44,296 nt of DNA. Source: Campylobacterota bacterium (GTDB lineage: Bacteria; Campylobacterota; Campylobacteria; Campylobacterales; Sulfurospirillaceae). Each line of letters opens with the position of its first letter. Positions within the stretch are counted from its first letter, which is position 1. The stretch is taken from positions 1-44,296 of the forward strand of contig RZYK01000001.1 of the NCBI GenBank assembly GCA_009930355.1, given 5' to 3'. The position numbers and the translations under genes are program-made. The notes under the pieces were generated by a model. That model saw only the letters and a list, made by a program, of their open reading frames with translations. It was not told the DNA's origin and did not search any database. Below are positions 9,119 to 18,968 of this stretch, one piece after another.

Positions 9119-10444
9119 TTGATTCAAAATTTAACATCAAAAATTCAAAATTTGCAACAGCACTCAGGCTTCATGAAGTATTTCAAAAACACTTCATGGC
9201 TTTTTGGAGAAAAAATACTACGAATGGTAGTAGGTCTTTTTGTGGGAATTTGGGTCGCAAGATATTTAGGACCTGAGCAATTTGGACTTTTTTCATATGC
9301 TCAAAGTTTTGTGGGGCTTTTTACAGCAATAGCAACTCTAGGACTAGATGGAATAGTAGTGCGAGAGCTTGTAAAAGATGAGAGCAGAAGAGATGAGCTA
9401 ATAGGTACGGCTTTTTATCTTAAACTTATAGGTGCTATTGCAGTGCTAATAGTTTTAGCAGTAGCTATACAATTTACTTCAAATGACCACTATACAAATA
9501 TACTAGTATTTATAATAGCAAGTGCTACAATATTTCAAGCATTTAATGTAGTGGATATGTATTTTCAAGCAAAAGTTTTATCAAAATATGTAGTATATGC
9601 AAATGTTATATCTCTTTTTGTAAGTAGTATTGTAAAAGTAGTGTTAATCTTAAATGATGCACCACTTATAGCTTTTGCATGGGCTACTTTATTTGATAGT
9701 GTTGTTTTGGCTCTAGGGTTTATTTATTACTATGTAAAAAATAGTTCAATATTCAACATTAAAAATTTAATATTCAAAAGAGAAACAGCTGTTTCTCTTT
9801 TGAAAGATAGTTGGCCACTTATTTTAAGTGGAATTGTAATTTCTATTTATATGAAAATAGACCAAGTTATGATTCAAGAGATGATGGGAAGCGAAGCGGT
9901 AGGGCAATATGCAGCAGCGGTGAGAATCAGTGAAGCATGGTATTTTATCCCAATGGTGATAGCCTCTTCACTCTTCCCTGCCATTATCAATGCCAAAAAA
10001 CAAAGTGAAGAGCTCTACTATGCTAGACTTCAAAAGCTCTACGACCTGATGGTTTGGATGGCGATAGCTATTGCACTTCCTATGACATTTCTCTCTGATT
10101 GGGTGGTAAATCTTCTTTATGGAGAGCAATATAGCGAGGCTGGAAGTGTATTGATGATACATATTTGGGCTGGGGTGTTTGTTGCACTTGGAGTTGTTAC
10201 AGGAAAAGTAGTAATTGTCAATAATAAACAATTAAATGGTATGTATTGTACAGGAATAGGTGCCACATCAAATGTGCTATTAAATTTCTTGCTAATCCCA
10301 AAATATGGCATTCAAGGTGCAGCAGTAGCTACGATGTTATCACAAATTATTTCAGGATTTGTTATTCCATTTTGGTTTAAAGTAGACAAAAGATACCCAA
10401 TGATTGCATTAAAAAGTTTAATTTTATTAGGAGTGAAAAAATGA
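9119..10444 (+). CDS. wzx: Wzx-type O-antigen/oligosaccharide flippase
   Basis: Polytopic; [50 protein letters not shown]. Confidence 0.92.
   Translation: MIQNLTSKIQNLQQHSGFMKYFKNTSWLFGEKILRMVVGLFVGIWVARYLGPEQFGLFSYAQSFVGLFTAIATLGLDGIVVRELVKDESRRDELIGTAFYLKLIGAIAVLIVLAVAIQFTSNDHYTNILVFIIASATIFQAFNVVDMYFQAKVLSKYVVYANVISLFVSSIVKVVLILNDAPLIAFAWATLFDSVVLALGFIYYYVKNSSIFNIKNLIFKRETAVSLLKDSWPLILSGIVISIYMKIDQVMIQEMMGSEAVGQYAAAVRISEAWYFIPMVIASSLFPAIINAKKQSEELYYARLQKLYDLMVWMAIAIALPMTFLSDWVVNLLYGEQYSEAGSVLMIHIWAGVFVALGVVTGKVVIVNNKQLNGMYCTGIGATSNVLLNFLLIPKYGIQGAAVATMLSQIISGFVIPFWFKVDKRYPMIALKSLILLGVKK
9122..9156. repeat. 7-nt array (ATTCAAn type) encoding the wzx N-terminus
   Basis: attcaaa atttaac atcaaaa attcaaa atttgca. 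Confidence 0.7.
9744..9778. repeat. 7-nt array (ATTCAAn type) in a wzx loop
   Basis: gttcaat attcaac attaaaa atttaat attcaaa. Confidence 0.7.
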
Positions 10445-11376
10445 AAATATATATAGCTGGGCATAAAGGCTTGGTAGGAAGTGCACTTTTTAGAGAGTTA
10501 AGTAAAAACAATCAATATGAAATTATCACAAAAGATAGAAAAGATTTAGACTTGCTCGATAAAAAAGCAGTTTTTAGTTTTTTTGAAAATGAAAAACCTG
10601 ATTGGGTTTTTTTAGCAGCTGCAAAAGTTGGTGGAATTTATGCTAATAATACTTACCCTGTGGAGTTTTTACTAGAAAATTTAACAGTGCAAAATAATTT
10701 AATTGAAGCAAGCTTTCAAAATAGTGTTAAGAAACTTTTATTTCTAGGAAGTAGCTGTATATATCCAAAATTAGCTCCTCAACCGATCAAAGAAGAATAT
10801 TTATTAACTTCAGCTCTTGAAAGTACAAATGAAGCTTATTCTATAGCAAAAATAGCTGGTATAAAGCTATGCGGTGCTTATAATCGAGAATATAATACAG
10901 ATTATATTTCAGTAATGCCAACCAATCTGTATGGTTTAAATGATAATTATCATCCTGAAAATGCACATGCTTTACCTATGTTGCTTAGAAGATTTCATGA
11001 AGCAAAGATAGCCAACCTTGAAGAAGTGGCTGTTTGGGGCACAGGTAAACCTATGAGAGAATTCCTTTTTGCAGATGATTTGGCAGAAGCTTGTGTTTAT
11101 TTAATGGAAAATAAATCAGCAGAAGATATTGGGGATCTTGTTAATATAGGTACTGGTGAAGATTGCACTATTTTAGAACTTGCAGAAACGATAAAAGAAG
11201 TGGTGGGCTATAAAGGTAAATTAATATTTGATACCACAAAGCCAGATGGGACACCTAGAAAACTTCTTGATGTATCAAAAATAAACTCTCTTGGTTGGAA
11301 AGCAAAAACATCACTCAAAGATGGGCTTATTAAAACATATGAAGATTTTAAAACAAATAAAAATATAAGGAAATAA
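10441..11376 (+). CDS. fcl: GDP-L-fucose synthase family reductase, second short copy
   Basis: [51 protein letters not shown]. Confidence 0.88.
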   Translation: MKIYIAGHKGLVGSALFRELSKNNQYEIITKDRKDLDLLDKKAVFSFFENEKPDWVFLAAAKVGGIYANNTYPVEFLLENLTVQNNLIEASFQNSVKKLLFLGSSCIYPKLAPQPIKEEYLLTSALESTNEAYSIAKIAGIKLCGAYNREYNTDYISVMPTNLYGLNDNYHPENAHALPMLLRRFHEAKIANLEEVAVWGTGKPMREFLFADDLAEACVYLMENKSAEDIGDLVNIGTGEDCTILELAETIKEVVGYKGKLIFDTTKPDGTPRKLLDVSKINSLGWKAKTSLKDGLIKTYEDFKTNKNIRK

Positions 11377-11377
11377 A

Positions 11378-12215
11378 ATGAGTAAATTAGTTGAAGCAAT
11401 AAAAGTTTATAAAAAGTATGGATTTGATATTAGAAGTGGATTAAATCCATATCATTTTGCTAATGAGCAACCTTTAGGTTTTCCATTTACAGCTTTTAGA
11501 AAAAATAATGAGTTATCTATTATTTCTACTGGGGGGGATTTCTCCAGTCGAAGTCTATTTATTGGAAAGTTTATCCCATGAATACAGTCCCAAAAATATC
11601 TTTATTATTGGCAATGCTTTTGGTTGGAGTACTATAGTAATGGCGCTTTGTTTTCCAAATGCAAAAATTGTAGCACTTGATGCTGGTGTTGAAGGAAAGG
11701 ACAATATGCAAGGTATTGAACTGACAAATCACATAGCAAATGAAGAAGGATTTAATACTATTGTTGAGTATGGTTTTTCACCGCAAAATACGAAAGAAAT
11801 AGTAGAAAAACACTTTGGTAATGAAAAAATTGATTTTGTATTCATAGATGGATTGCATACAAATGAGCAACTACTTAAAGATTTTTATGGTGTTCTTGAT
11901 TTTTGCCACAAAGAAACTCTCTTTTTATATCACGATGTTATAAATTGGAAAATGGAAAAAGCATTTATGGAAATTAAAGATTATTTGACAAATTATAACT
12001 CTATGTTGCTTTATAGAACTACATCTGGAATGGGAGTTAGTATGCCAAAAAGTATCTCAAGTGATATACAAAATGTATTTTTATCATTTACAGAAAATCA
12101 ACAATATGTAGATATTTTGAAAAAATCATTAACTACTAAAGCAAAAATCAGAGGCTTTATTGGTAGATTTTTGCCAAAATTTATAAAAGAAAATATAAAA
12201 AGGATGCTTGGGTGA
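11378..12215 (+). pseudogene. Class I SAM-dependent methyltransferase (Methyltransf_24-like) frameshifted at a G7 tract
   Basis: 67-aa ORF and 235-aa ORF join at GGGGGGG (11531-11537); downstream part has IGNAFGWST and DFVFIDGLH. Confidence 0.75.
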
Positions 12216-13183
12216 ACATAGGTTTTTATATCAAATGGGATAAATTCTCAATCAACTCTAAAGGCAATGTTATTGGTGATGAACTTTGGGGTGAAGCACT
12301 TTGTAAGTCGATTAATAAGCAGTTTAAAGATATTAAAGCTGAGTTATATGCACCAAACTATCTACCAAAAACAAAGCTTGATATTATCATCTATCTTAAT
12401 GATATTGAGCCTATAAAATCATTGGCAAACAAACATGTGTTGTATTTACAAAATGGATATGGTGAAGAGGCTAAAAACCTACTTATAAATCTAATGAAAA
12501 ACAGTTATGATGGTTATGTGTTTTTTGCAAAAAAACTGCAACAAATCTTCCAAGACTTAGATAGTGTAACAAATAGTTTATATCTGCCTTTTGGTGTTGA
12601 TACGGATGTTTTTTATCCAAGAGAAATAAAAAAAGAGTACGAATTTGATTGTGCATATATTGGCAACGATATAAAAGGTGAGGAAGCTACAATGAAGTAT
12701 CTTTATCCTGCAATAAATTACAACTTTGGACTATTTGGAAATTGGAAAATTTCAAAACATAGATTTAAGATCTGGAAAAACTTTGCTCATAAAGCACCTT
12801 ATAAAACTCCATTTGAAAAAGTTTCAAAAGGAAAGATACCACAAGAAGATGTCCCTCTTTTGTATAGCTCAACAAAAATAAATTTAAATTGCACTCTTCA
12901 AAGTTGTATAGATTGGGATGTGATAACACTTAGAACTTATGAGGTATTGGCTTGTAAAGGTTTTTTGATAACAGACATCGTGCCATCAGCATTTCAGACA
13001 ATGAAAGATTGTATGGTTTTTACAACTGGTGGAGATGATTTAAGAGATAAAATAGATTATTATCTTGGGCATGAAGCTGAAAGAAAAAGAATATCTCAAG
13101 AAGGCTACGAGTATGTAGTCAAAAATGCATCTATTGATGCAAGAGCGGAAGAACTTATTAATTATATAAAAGGAATAAAATGA
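12212..13183 (+). CDS. CgeB-like glycosyltransferase (GT-B fold)
   Basis: YLPFGVD..VFYP, YSSTKINLN, LRTYEVLACKGFLITD, DKIDYYL.H..ER..I...G. Confidence 0.8.
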   Translation: MNIGFYIKWDKFSINSKGNVIGDELWGEALCKSINKQFKDIKAELYAPNYLPKTKLDIIIYLNDIEPIKSLANKHVLYLQNGYGEEAKNLLINLMKNSYDGYVFFAKKLQQIFQDLDSVTNSLYLPFGVDTDVFYPREIKKEYEFDCAYIGNDIKGEEATMKYLYPAINYNFGLFGNWKISKHRFKIWKNFAHKAPYKTPFEKVSKGKIPQEDVPLLYSSTKINLNCTLQSCIDWDVITLRTYEVLACKGFLITDIVPSAFQTMKDCMVFTTGGDDLRDKIDYYLGHEAERKRISQEGYEYVVKNASIDARAEELINYIKGIK

Positions 13184-14547
13184 AAATAGTATTTGTAAAT
13201 CCTCCACACATAAAAACAAAAGACTCTACTCCTGAAAATAATTTCAAGATAGATAAGTTTATTTTTAAAAAGAGTTTTTCAAAAATAAAAGGAGCTAATA
13301 GAATTTTTAGCCTCCTGCATAAAACCATTGGTTTAGGCAAGGGTGTCCGATATGGGGTTAGGGCTGGTTCGAGATGGCCTTGGAGTATGGATAAGCCTCA
13401 TGGTGGACCACCATACCCATTTTTTATGGGATATGCGGCTGCCAATCTTAGGCAAAACGGATTTGAGGTCAATATCCTAGATGCTATCGCCGAGGAGGAG
13501 TATGACTATGAAAAATTTTTCAATGAGGTAATCGCCCAAAAAGCAGACATTGTAGTAGTCGAGTGTGCTACACCGACTGTTGATATTGATGTTTGGTTTG
13601 CAAATAAAGTAGCTGATTATACAAAAGTGGCATTGGCGGGTCCCCATCTCAATGAGTTTACGGTAAAAGAGATACAAGAATCGAATCCAAAAATTAATTT
13701 TTATCTTTTGGGTGAATATATTTTGAATACTTTAGATATGGCCACAACACTCAAAGAGGGTGTCTATCCAGCAAAGGTGCTTAAGGATGTTGATAGTATC
13801 CCATTTCCATTTAGAGACTACAAAAGTGCCACAAAGTACTATGACCCAACCATGCCAACCCCTCGCCCTCAACTTCAGATTTATGGAAGTAAAGGGTGTC
13901 CATTTAAATGTACTTTTTGTGCATGGCCTCAGACGATGTATTTTGGAAATGTAGCACTTAGAGAACCTAAGAAAATTGCCCAAGAGATAAAAGAAGCTGT
14001 CTCAAAACATGGATTTAAAAGTATCTTTTTTGATGATGATACATTTAATATGGGGACAAAAAGAATCTCTGAGCTTTGTGATTATTTAAAAGAAATAGGT
14101 TTGCCATGGACCATGATGGGACGACTTGATGTCTCACCTGATTGGCTTTATGACAAGATGGTAGATAGTGGGTGCATAGGTATGCGTTTTGGAATAGAAA
14201 CTTTCAATCTCGAAGTTCTTAAAAATGTTGAAAAAGGGATTGAGCGAAAAGATTTTAAGGCTACACTTGAATATATATCAAAATCATATCCACAAATTAT
14301 GATACATATCACAATGATGAGGGATATGCCAGGACAAACTTTAGAAGACCATGAAAATGATATGAGAATCATCAAAAATATGGGTTACTCAACAGATAAT
14401 ATTTATAGAAGTTATCAACTCTCACGATGTGCACCTTTTCCAGGAACAAAACTATATGAGCAAGTGAAAGAACAATTAGGTGAAGAAAAAATGAAAGAAT
14501 ATACAGCTTATGATGGCGGACAAGATACCGTAATGAAGGGTATTTAA
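13180..14547 (+). CDS. Cobalamin-binding radical SAM protein
   Basis: SKGCPFKCTFC (CxxxCxxC), FFDDDTF, FGIET, PFPGTKLY; N-terminal B12-binding-like domain. Confidence 0.88.
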   Translation: MKIVFVNPPHIKTKDSTPENNFKIDKFIFKKSFSKIKGANRIFSLLHKTIGLGKGVRYGVRAGSRWPWSMDKPHGGPPYPFFMGYAAANLRQNGFEVNILDAIAEEEYDYEKFFNEVIAQKADIVVVECATPTVDIDVWFANKVADYTKVALAGPHLNEFTVKEIQESNPKINFYLLGEYILNTLDMATTLKEGVYPAKVLKDVDSIPFPFRDYKSATKYYDPTMPTPRPQLQIYGSKGCPFKCTFCAWPQTMYFGNVALREPKKIAQEIKEAVSKHGFKSIFFDDDTFNMGTKRISELCDYLKEIGLPWTMMGRLDVSPDWLYDKMVDSGCIGMRFGIETFNLEVLKNVEKGIERKDFKATLEYISKSYPQIMIHITMMRDMPGQTLEDHENDMRIIKNMGYSTDNIYRSYQLSRCAPFPGTKLYEQVKEQLGEEKMKEYTAYDGGQDTVMKGI

Positions 14548-14549
14548 AA

Positions 14550-15401
14550 ATGAAAATTTTAATAATTGGAGCTTCAAGTTTTATTGGCTTTAGACTATTT
14601 AAATTTTTTAAAGAAAACATTTTATATGAAGTAGTTGGTACCTATTTTCAAAATAAAAAAGATGACTCTTTTTTGAAATGTGACGTTACAAATAAAGAAG
14701 ATATAAAAAATATTTTGGAAGTAGTACAGCCTGATGTGATACTTTGGGTTGCAGGTTCTAAAAACCTAAAAGAGTGTGAAGCTAGTCTTGAATTCGCAAA
14801 ACAAATAAACACAGTTCCATTGCAAAATTGTATAAGTTATTTGGAAAAAATTCAAAGTAAATCCCACTTAATATTTTTTTCTACAGATTATATATTTGAT
14901 GGATGGAAAGGTAATTTTAAAGATATTGACATTCCAAATCCTCAAACAAATTATGGTCTTTCAAATTATTTATCAGAGCAAATAATACATAGTTCTGATA
15001 TAAAAAATTCTATTATAAGAACATCTGCTGTTATGGGCAGAGGAGGAACTTTTTTTGATTGGTTATTACTCGCTTTGGAAACAGAAAAAACTATAGAAAT
15101 GTTTGATGATATTTATTTTTCACCAACTCCAATAAAATTTTTAATAGAAAATATAGTTAATATTATTGATCAAAGTTTGTATGGAGTGTTTAATATTTGT
15201 GGAAGTGAGAGACTAACTCGATATGAATTTGCATCAATAGTTAAAACAATAAGTACTAAGTTTAAAGCAAATTTAGTTCAAAGTGTAGGAGTTAATACAA
15301 TGCAAGTATTTCAAAAAGATTTATCAATGGTGCAATCTAAGATAGTTTTAAACAATCAGACACTATTTGAATATCTGAAAGAGGAGGTTTTACATGATTA
15401 A
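14550..15401 (+). CDS. RmlD-like SDR NDP-4-keto-sugar reductase
   Basis: ILIIGASSFIG, FSTDYIFDG..G, PNPQTNYGLS. Confidence 0.8.
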   Translation: MKILIIGASSFIGFRLFKFFKENILYEVVGTYFQNKKDDSFLKCDVTNKEDIKNILEVVQPDVILWVAGSKNLKECEASLEFAKQINTVPLQNCISYLEKIQSKSHLIFFSTDYIFDGWKGNFKDIDIPNPQTNYGLSNYLSEQIIHSSDIKNSIIRTSAVMGRGGTFFDWLLLALETEKTIEMFDDIYFSPTPIKFLIENIVNIIDQSLYGVFNICGSERLTRYEFASIVKTISTKFKANLVQSVGVNTMQVFQKDLSMVQSKIVLNNQTLFEYLKEEVLHD

Positions 15402-15768
15402 ATTTATTACAAATTATTTTCAACACAAAGATGATAGAGGTTCAATAACGGGACTTGTAAACTTTGGACAATGGGAAGAACTCAATATTATAGAGTCTGA
15501 AGCTGGAGTTAAAAGAGGAAACCATTATCACAAAAATACTCAAGAGCTATTTGTGATTTTAGATGGGAAAATTAAAATATCATTACAAAATATTCAAGGC
15601 GACAGATTGGCTGGTGAAATAAAGGAGTATGAAGTAAAACAAGGTGATGTTTTTATGATAGAGATAAATACAAATCATGTGTTTGAAATTTTAGAAAAAT
15701 CAAGATGGATAAATATGCTTTCTATAAAAACAGATGAAAAACTACCTGATATTGTAAGAGTAAAATAG
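15394..15768 (+). CDS. Cupin-fold sugar isomerase/epimerase (WxcM/FdtA-like)
   Basis: HKDDRGSI, RGNHYHKNTQELF. Confidence 0.75.
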   Translation: MIKFITNYFQHKDDRGSITGLVNFGQWEELNIIESEAGVKRGNHYHKNTQELFVILDGKIKISLQNIQGDRLAGEIKEYEVKQGDVFMIEINTNHVFEILEKSRWINMLSIKTDEKLPDIVRVK

Positions 15769-15936
15769 ATGACTAAAATAAAAAGAGATTTAGGTATAGG
15801 AATTAAGACAATAAAAAAATAGACTGTAATATTTAAATAAACCAATAGAAGTAAGTGGACAATAAATCTAAACGTAGATATAAAAGTCGAAATAATAACG
15901 AAGTGGTAAATAATTAAAAAGGAAGCAAATTATAAA

Positions 15937-17160
15937 ATGAAAATAGCAATAGCAGGAACAGGTTATGTAGGCTTATCAAACGGATTACTTCTATCTCAAC
16001 ACAATGAGGTAATAGCTCTTGATATAATACCTTCTAAAGTAGAAATGCTAAATAATAAAATATCTCCTATAGAAGATAAGGAAATAGAAGAGTATTTAAA
16101 AAAAGATAACATAAATTTTAAAGCTACTTTAGATAAAAATGAAGCTTATAAAGATGCTGATTTTATAATAATAGCAACTCCTACTGATTATGATGTAGAA
16201 ACTAACTATTTCAACACAAAAAGTGTTGAAGCAGTTATAAAAGATGTGTTAGAGATAAATCCAAATGCAACAATGATTATAAAAAGTACAGTTCCAGTTG
16301 GATATACAGCAAAACTAAACGAACAATTAAAAATTCAACATCCAACATTAAACATTAACCTTATTTTCTCTCCAGAGTTTTTAAGAGAAGGAAAAGCTTT
16401 ATATGATAACTTATATCCAAGTAGAATAATTGTAGGTGAAAAATCAGATAGAGCTATGATATTTGCAGGACTGTTAGAGCGAGGAGCTATAAAAAAAGGA
16501 ATATCCGTTTTATTTACGGATAGCACAGAAGCAGAAGCTATCAAACTATTTTCAAACTCTTATTTGGCTATGAGAGTAGCATATTTTAATGAACTTGATA
16601 GCTATTGTGAAAAATATAGTTTAAATTCAAAAGATGTTATTAGTGGTGTAGGATTGGACCCAAGAATTGGAACTCATTATAATAATCCTAGCTTTGGATA
16701 TGGAGGATATTGTTTTCCAAAAGATACGAAACAACTTAAAGCAAATTTTAAAGATGTTCCAAATAATCTTATTTCAGCAATCGTTGATTCAAATGAGACA
16801 AGAAAAGATTTTATAGCGGATTCAATTATTGAAAAGCTATCTTCAAATCAACTCACAACTCACAACTCACAACTCACTAAAACTGTAGGTATCTACCGTT
16901 TGGTTATGAAAAGTGGAAGTGATAACTTTAGAAGCTCTGCTGTACAAGGTGTAATAGAGAGATTAAAATCTAAAAATGTAGAAGTAGTAATATATGAACC
17001 AGTACTAAATGAAGATACTTTTTTTAACTCAAAAGTAATAAAAGATTTAGAAGAGTTTAAAAAAGTATCAGATGTAATAGTAGTAAATAGAATAGAAGAT
17101 GATTTACTAGATGTAAAATCAAAAGTTTATACCAGAGATATATTTAGGAGTGATAGTTAA
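15937..17160 (+). CDS. ugd: UDP-glucose 6-dehydrogenase, second copy with repeat-derived insertions
   Basis: [39 protein letters not shown]. Confidence 0.93.
   Translation: MKIAIAGTGYVGLSNGLLLSQHNEVIALDIIPSKVEMLNNKISPIEDKEIEEYLKKDNINFKATLDKNEAYKDADFIIIATPTDYDVETNYFNTKSVEAVIKDVLEINPNATMIIKSTVPVGYTAKLNEQLKIQHPTLNINLIFSPEFLREGKALYDNLYPSRIIVGEKSDRAMIFAGLLERGAIKKGISVLFTDSTEAEAIKLFSNSYLAMRVAYFNELDSYCEKYSLNSKDVISGVGLDPRIGTHYNNPSFGYGGYCFPKDTKQLKANFKDVPNNLISAIVDSNETRKDFIADSIIEKLSSNQLTTHNSQLTKTVGIYRLVMKSGSDNFRSSAVQGVIERLKSKNVEVVIYEPVLNEDTFFNSKVIKDLEEFKKVSDVIVVNRIEDDLLDVKSKVYTRDIFRSDS
16326..16360. repeat. 7-nt array inside ugd-2 (site 1)
   Basis: attaaaa attcaac atccaac attaaac attaacc. Confidence 0.75.
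16851..16878. repeat. 7-nt array inside ugd-2 (site 2)
   Basis: actcaca actcaca actcaca actcact. Confidence 0.9.
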
Positions 17161-18026
17161 TGAATAGAAAAATCCTTGTAACAGGTGGAGCTGGATTTGT
17201 AGGAAGCCATCTTTGTGAAAGATTATCAAAAAATCCAAACTATGAAGTGTATAGTTTAGATAATTATTTCACGGGAAGTGAGTTAAATCATGTGCCAAAT
17301 GTAACTTACATAAGGGGAAATACAAAAGATATAGAAAAGCTTGTTACTTTTACTCCCGATATGGTTTACCATCTTGGAGAATATTCACGAGTTGAACAAA
17401 GTTTTGATGATATAGAAAAAGTATGGGAATACAACAAAGATGGTATATTTGCAGTACTTGAATTTGTCCGAAAAGCTGGATGCAAAATACTTTATGCAGG
17501 AAGCTCTACAAAATTTGGTGATGGAGGTTTTGGAAGAAATGCATCTCCATATGCTTGGACAAAAGCAACTAACACAGAACTTGTGATGAATTATGGAACA
17601 TGGTTTAATGTTCCATATGCTATAACATATTTTTACAATGTTTATGGACCAAGAGAGATACAAACAGGAAAATATGCAACATTAATTGCACTTTTTAAAG
17701 AGAAGATGAAAAATAGTGAAAATCTTACAATTGTAAGTCCAGGAACTCAAAAAAGAAACTTCACACATATCGATGATATTATTGATGGTTTGATTCTTGT
17801 AGGTGAAAATGGCTATGGTGATGAGTTTGGGATAGGAAGTGATGAGGCATTTACAATTCTTGAAGTTGCACAAATGTATGGTGGAAAAATAGAGATGCTT
17901 CCAGAACGTAAAGGCAATAGAATGACTGCTGATGTAATGACGTTAAAAACAGAAGCACTTGGATGGAAACCTACACGAACAATAAAAGAGTATATCGAAG
18001 AACAAAGAAAAAATGGTTGGAAATAA
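17160..18026 (+). CDS. NAD-dependent epimerase/dehydratase (copy A)
   Basis: ILVTGGAGFVGSH, SPYAWTK, YFYNVYGP, RNFTHIDD. Confidence 0.88.
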   Translation: MNRKILVTGGAGFVGSHLCERLSKNPNYEVYSLDNYFTGSELNHVPNVTYIRGNTKDIEKLVTFTPDMVYHLGEYSRVEQSFDDIEKVWEYNKDGIFAVLEFVRKAGCKILYAGSSTKFGDGGFGRNASPYAWTKATNTELVMNYGTWFNVPYAITYFYNVYGPREIQTGKYATLIALFKEKMKNSENLTIVSPGTQKRNFTHIDDIIDGLILVGENGYGDEFGIGSDEAFTILEVAQMYGGKIEMLPERKGNRMTADVMTLKTEALGWKPTRTIKEYIEEQRKNGWK

Positions 18027-18029
18027 CAA

Positions 18030-18968
18030 ATGATGAAAAATAATTTATTATTGGAATTCACCCCCCCACATCCACTTAACACTGCTGTGTTGTTTTTAGT
18101 ATTTAATCGCCTTGATACAACAAAGCAAGTCTTTGAAGCTATTCGTCAAGCTAAACCTCCACGGCTTTATATCGCGGCCGATGGAGAAAGAAAAACACGA
18201 GAGGGCGAAGCTGAAAAAGTAAGATCTGTACGAGAGTTTATCGTGTCAAATATAGATTGGGAGTGTGAAATAAAAACACTTTTTCGTGAAGAAAATCTTG
18301 GGTGTAAGTATGCCGTAAGCGGTGCAATAGATTGGTTTTTTGCAAATGAAGAGATGGGGATAATTCTGGAAGATGATTGTTTGCCAAGTCAGAGTTTCTT
18401 TTGGTTTTGTGAGGAGTTGTTAGAAAGATATAAGGATGATATTAGAATAGGAATGATTAGTGGAAATAACTTTCAAAACGGTATCAAACGAGGTGATGCA
18501 GACTACTATTTTTCTATTTACAATCATATTTGGGGTTGGGCAAGTTGGGCTAATAGATGGAAAAATTATGATGTATCATTAAGTGGATTTGAAAACGCAA
18601 AATTTATAGATACTTTAATTAAAGAAAATAATACAAATAAATATTGGAAAAATGTATTTCATCAAATGAAGCAACAAAAAATTGATACATGGGACTATCA
18701 GTGGACATTTACGCTGTGGAGTCAAAATCAATTCACAATTTTGCCAAATGTAAATCTTATCTCAAATGTTGGATTTGGAGCAGATGCGACACATACGACT
18801 AGCGAAAGTGAATTTTCAAAACTGATTTCACATGAGTTGATTTTGAAAAATCATCCTTTACAGGTAGAAATAAATAAAGATGCTGATAAGTTTACATCAA
18901 AATTGATGTTTATGAAAAAAACAATATTTGAAAGAATTATATATAAAATTAAAAGAGTATTTAAATGA
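18030..18968 (+). CDS. GT-A fold nucleotide-diphospho-sugar transferase
   Basis: LFLVFNR, LYIAADG, ENLGCK, IILEDD, HIWGWASW, DTWDYQW. Confidence 0.82.
   Translation: MMKNNLLLEFTPPHPLNTAVLFLVFNRLDTTKQVFEAIRQAKPPRLYIAADGERKTREGEAEKVRSVREFIVSNIDWECEIKTLFREENLGCKYAVSGAIDWFFANEEMGIILEDDCLPSQSFFWFCEELLERYKDDIRIGMISGNNFQNGIKRGDADYYFSIYNHIWGWASWANRWKNYDVSLSGFENAKFIDTLIKENNTNKYWKNVFHQMKQQKIDTWDYQWTFTLWSQNQFTILPNVNLISNVGFGADATHTTSESEFSKLISHELILKNHPLQVEINKDADKFTSKLMFMKKTIFERIIYKIKRVFK

Noticed and set aside
15769-15936. Short ORF MTKIKRDLGIGIKTIKK in the gap before ugd-2, possible gene remnant
   Set aside because: Too short to assign; no recognisable motif
3829-16878. Heptamer arrays as a CRISPR array or ordinary microsatellites
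   Set aside because: No repeat-spacer structure or cas genes; units are degenerate, limited to 3-5 copies and often in opposed pairs, unlike simple slippage tracts
18061-18067. C7 tract near the start of a glycosyltransferase as a phase-variation site
   Set aside because: Gene is in frame and the tract simply encodes Thr-Pro-Pro; no evidence of switching
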